This document shows, one piece after another, positions 5,826-6,866 of a stretch of 6,866 nt of DNA. Both the position numbers and the translations under genes were made by a program. The stretch is from a virus, in the IMG/VR virus record IMGVR_UViG_3300017967_000005. One strand, 5' to 3'. The stretch's first letter is position 1, and each line of letters starts with the position of its first letter. The notes beneath the pieces are model-generated. The model did no database searches. It was given only the letters and a program-made list of their open reading frames with translations, and had not been told where the DNA came from.

Positions 5826-6086
5826 TTAGCATCTGAAATTAACAATAACCTTGGTCTTGGTTTTTTTATTATTGAGGTGTTTTTTAATTACACGTTTTGC
5901 TGATTCGCTTTTTGCTTCTTTGTCGCAATACTCTGTGCTATTTGATTTTGATAAGATTTTGATTTCTTCTGTTTTAGTATTGTATTCAAGCTTGTATGTT
6001 GGGTGTTTAGGTTCTAAATCTGATAATTTCAATTCTGTTGCAAATGTATTTGCTGAGATTAGGCTTAGTAAAATTATTCTTTTCAT
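5826..6086 (-). CDS. Small secreted or periplasmic protein (86 aa), accessory (moron-like) gene on the opposite strand
   Basis: It has an ATG start with a weak AAGAG about 9 nt upstream. The N-terminal signal peptide is clear: MKRIILLSLISANTFA, cleaved before TE. The mature part is hydrophilic and Lys/Glu/Thr-rich, with 2 Cys (one is the C-terminal residue). The competing plus-strand ORF looks like its mirror image. The region is markedly more AT-rich than the core genes. Confidence 0.5.
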   Translation of the reverse strand: MKRIILLSLISANTFATELKLSDLEPKHPTYKLEYNTKTEEIKILSKSNSTEYCDKEAKSESAKRVIKKHLNNKKTKTKVIVNFRC

Positions 6087-6228
6087 TCAAATTATCTCTT
6101 GTATTTATAGAGCGAGTGTCTACGAGTGATTCGAGGTTTCGATTTTATGACCATCTTCTCCTTGATTACAAGCTCCCATATATACTTGATCGGTAGGGGC
6201 AGAGCATCCCGAATGGGTGTGAACTGAT

Positions 6229-6429
6229 ATGAGTAATAGACACGTGTATAGCACAATTGCATACAGTAGAAATAAAGGCGTTTTACGCAAAGAAGACTTT
6301 ATTTTTATGCGTGAATGTCTAGAAAAGCATTTAGAAAACATGCAGTTATCTGATTTTGACTATTCACAGCAAATTGATGATTTAAAACAGCTTTTTATTA
6401 AATTGGATCACACAATAAATAGGCTGTAA
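6229..6429 (+). CDS. Hypothetical 66-aa protein, predicted helical and charged
   Basis: It has an ATG start with a weak GGGTG (6215..6219) upstream. Its composition is protein-like (MSNRHVYSTIAYSRNKGVLRKEDFIFMRECLEKHLENMQLSDFDYSQQIDDLKQLFIKLDHTINRL). It overlaps a 73-aa minus-strand ORF (6120..6341) that cannot be excluded. A 26-codon upstream ORF (6147..6227, GAGG at 6133..6136) ends 1 nt before its ATG. Confidence 0.4.
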   Translation: MSNRHVYSTIAYSRNKGVLRKEDFIFMRECLEKHLENMQLSDFDYSQQIDDLKQLFIKLDHTINRL

Positions 6430-6497
6430 TGCCGAACTAGCGGCTTATAACATGCGGGTTACGATTGACTAAATTTGAATCAAAATAGGGTGTTTTT

Positions 6498-6611
6498 ATG
6501 CGAATTGATTTGAATGCTTTAATTTTTGCGTTGGTTCTTTTGGCATTCCAGCCATTTTTGTTTTATGGATTGGCTTATCTATTTTTTCCAAATCTAATCG
6601 GATTAAGGTAA
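6498..6611 (+). CDS. 37-aa hydrophobic peptide (MRIDLNALIFALVLLAFQPFLFYGLAYLFFPNLIGLR); not in the ORF track
   Basis: It has an ATG start with AGGGTG (6487..6492) 5 nt upstream. It is a single long hydrophobic segment. It ends 10 nt before dif-like site 1. It could equally be non-coding. Confidence 0.3.
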   Translation: MRIDLNALIFALVLLAFQPFLFYGLAYLFFPNLIGLR

Positions 6612-6621
6612 AGCTCACGGA

Positions 6622-6649
6622 TTTCGGCATAACGTATATTATGTTCATT
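6622..6649 (+). other. dif-like XerC/XerD site 1 (attP candidate) with canonical 11-6-11 spacing
   Basis: The site reads TTTCGGCATAA-CGTATA-TTATGTTCATT. E. coli dif reads GGTGCGCATAA-TGTATA-TTATGTTAAAT. By hand count the match is 7/11 in the XerC arm, 5/6 in the central region and 9/11 in the XerD arm (21/28 overall). It lies in the non-coding region, and the element has no integrase. Confidence 0.7.
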
Positions 6650-6655
6650 AGGATA

Positions 6656-6697
6656 CTCAGCAACGTGAATATAATTTTACAGATTCACGTTGCTGAG
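6656..6697. repeat. Perfect 15-bp inverted repeat with a 12-nt loop (hairpin A)
   Basis: CTCAGCAACGTGAAT (6656..6670) pairs with ATTCACGTTGCTGAG (6683..6697), and the loop is ATAATTTTACAG. No T-run follows on either strand, so it is not a canonical terminator. It is a candidate ssDNA structural element such as a packaging signal or minus-strand origin. Confidence 0.8.
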
Positions 6698-6730
6698 CTG
6701 TGGCACCAACTAAGGTTGCGTAGGCCACAG
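6698..6730. repeat. Imperfect hairpin B, directly abutting hairpin A
   Basis: CTGTGGC (6698..6704) pairs with GCCACAG (6724..6730). An inner CAAC (6707..6710) pairs with GTTG (6715..6718) around a TAAG loop. Confidence 0.6.
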
Positions 6731-6743
6731 TCTTGGATATTCT

Positions 6744-6772
6744 ATTTAACATAAAATTACGTTATGCGACAT
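6744..6772 (-). other. dif-like XerC/XerD site 2 in its genomic context, 94 nt downstream of site 1 and inverted
   Basis: The sequence is the same as 1..29. Its reverse complement shares GCATAACGTA and TTATGTT blocks with site 1, so the two sites can base-pair in single-stranded plus-strand DNA. Confidence 0.65.
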
Positions 6773-6836
6773 TCGGCTATGAGCCAATAGGGGATTAATT
6801 CTAACTTTTAGAAAGCCTATCCGGAGAATTAGAAAA

Positions 6837-6863
6837 GGGAGTTTTAAAAACTCCCTTTTTTTT
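6837..6863. terminator. Second copy of the bidirectional terminator (same as 94..120)
   Basis: It lies within the terminal repeat and has the identical hairpin plus T8. On the circular or tandem map it would stop plus-strand transcripts leaving the accessory/att region before they run into the convergent regulator gene. Confidence 0.7.
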
Positions 6864-6866
6864 ATC

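Larger units (their letters stand above)
1..6743 (+). mobile_element. Complete filamentous-phage (inovirus-like) genome unit of 6,743 bp, either circular or one unit of a tandem array
   Basis: The gene order is canonical for inoviruses: divergent regulator, rep, ssb, small ORF, major coat, small ORF, pIII-like, pVI-like, Zot/pI-like. All core genes are on one strand with coupled or overlapping starts. The unit length comes from the exact 123-bp repeat at 1..123 and 6744..6866. Confidence 0.85.
6744..6866. repeat. Terminal direct repeat, copy 2 (identical to 1..123)
   Basis: Same comparison as copy 1. The repeat runs to the last base of the window, so its true length is unknown. Confidence 0.95.

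Noticed and set aside
5851-6129. 92-aa plus-strand ORF overlapping the 86-aa minus-strand gene
   Set aside because: It has a TTG start and no SD. Its Phe/Leu/Ser/Ile-rich sequence is what the reverse complement of a Lys/Glu/Asn-rich gene produces. The minus-strand product has a proper signal peptide. I cannot exclude this ORF without expression data.
6120-6341. 73-aa minus-strand ORF overlapping the 66-aa plus-strand ORF
   Set aside because: There is no SD-like sequence upstream of its ATG, and its composition is odd (Cys/His/Ser-rich). It would form a minus-strand two-gene unit with the 86-aa ORF (33-nt gap), so the rejection is only provisional.
6698-6730. Hairpin B considered as a tRNA fragment or tRNA-type att site
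   Set aside because: It is a single stem-loop with no cloverleaf arms and no T-loop (GTTCGAATC-like) or acceptor features. The dif-like sites give a better explanation for integration.

Overview
The window is one complete genome unit (6,743 bp) of a small filamentous phage (inovirus-like), plus a 123-bp exact repeat of its own start: 1..123 equals 6744..6866. The element is therefore either circular or tandemly repeated. There is no rRNA, tRNA or CRISPR. Eleven plus-strand genes are tightly packed, several with TAATG or ATGA stop/start overlaps. In order they are two small unknown ORFs, a Rep_trans/RstA-like rolling-circle initiator, a putative ssDNA-binding protein and a 58-aa membrane ORF. 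These are followed by a major coat protein, a 23-aa hydrophobic ORF, a pIII-like adsorption protein, a pVI-like protein, a Zot/pI-like assembly ATPase and a 26-aa membrane peptide. A 70-aa regulator candidate is transcribed divergently across an intergenic region carrying three related palindromes. After zot comes a more AT-rich accessory region with poorly resolved small ORFs, including an antisense gene for a small secreted protein. The main finding lies in the non-coding region. Two dif-like XerC/XerD sites in inverted orientation (6622..6649 and 6744..6772, the latter equal to 1..29) are separated by 94 nt containing two hairpins. On the plus strand they can pair into a long imperfect stem with a bubble in the central region. 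No integrase gene is present. This resembles the folded single-stranded attP that CTXphi uses to hijack host XerCD. All functional calls rest on motifs, architecture and synteny read by eye. No database search was run.
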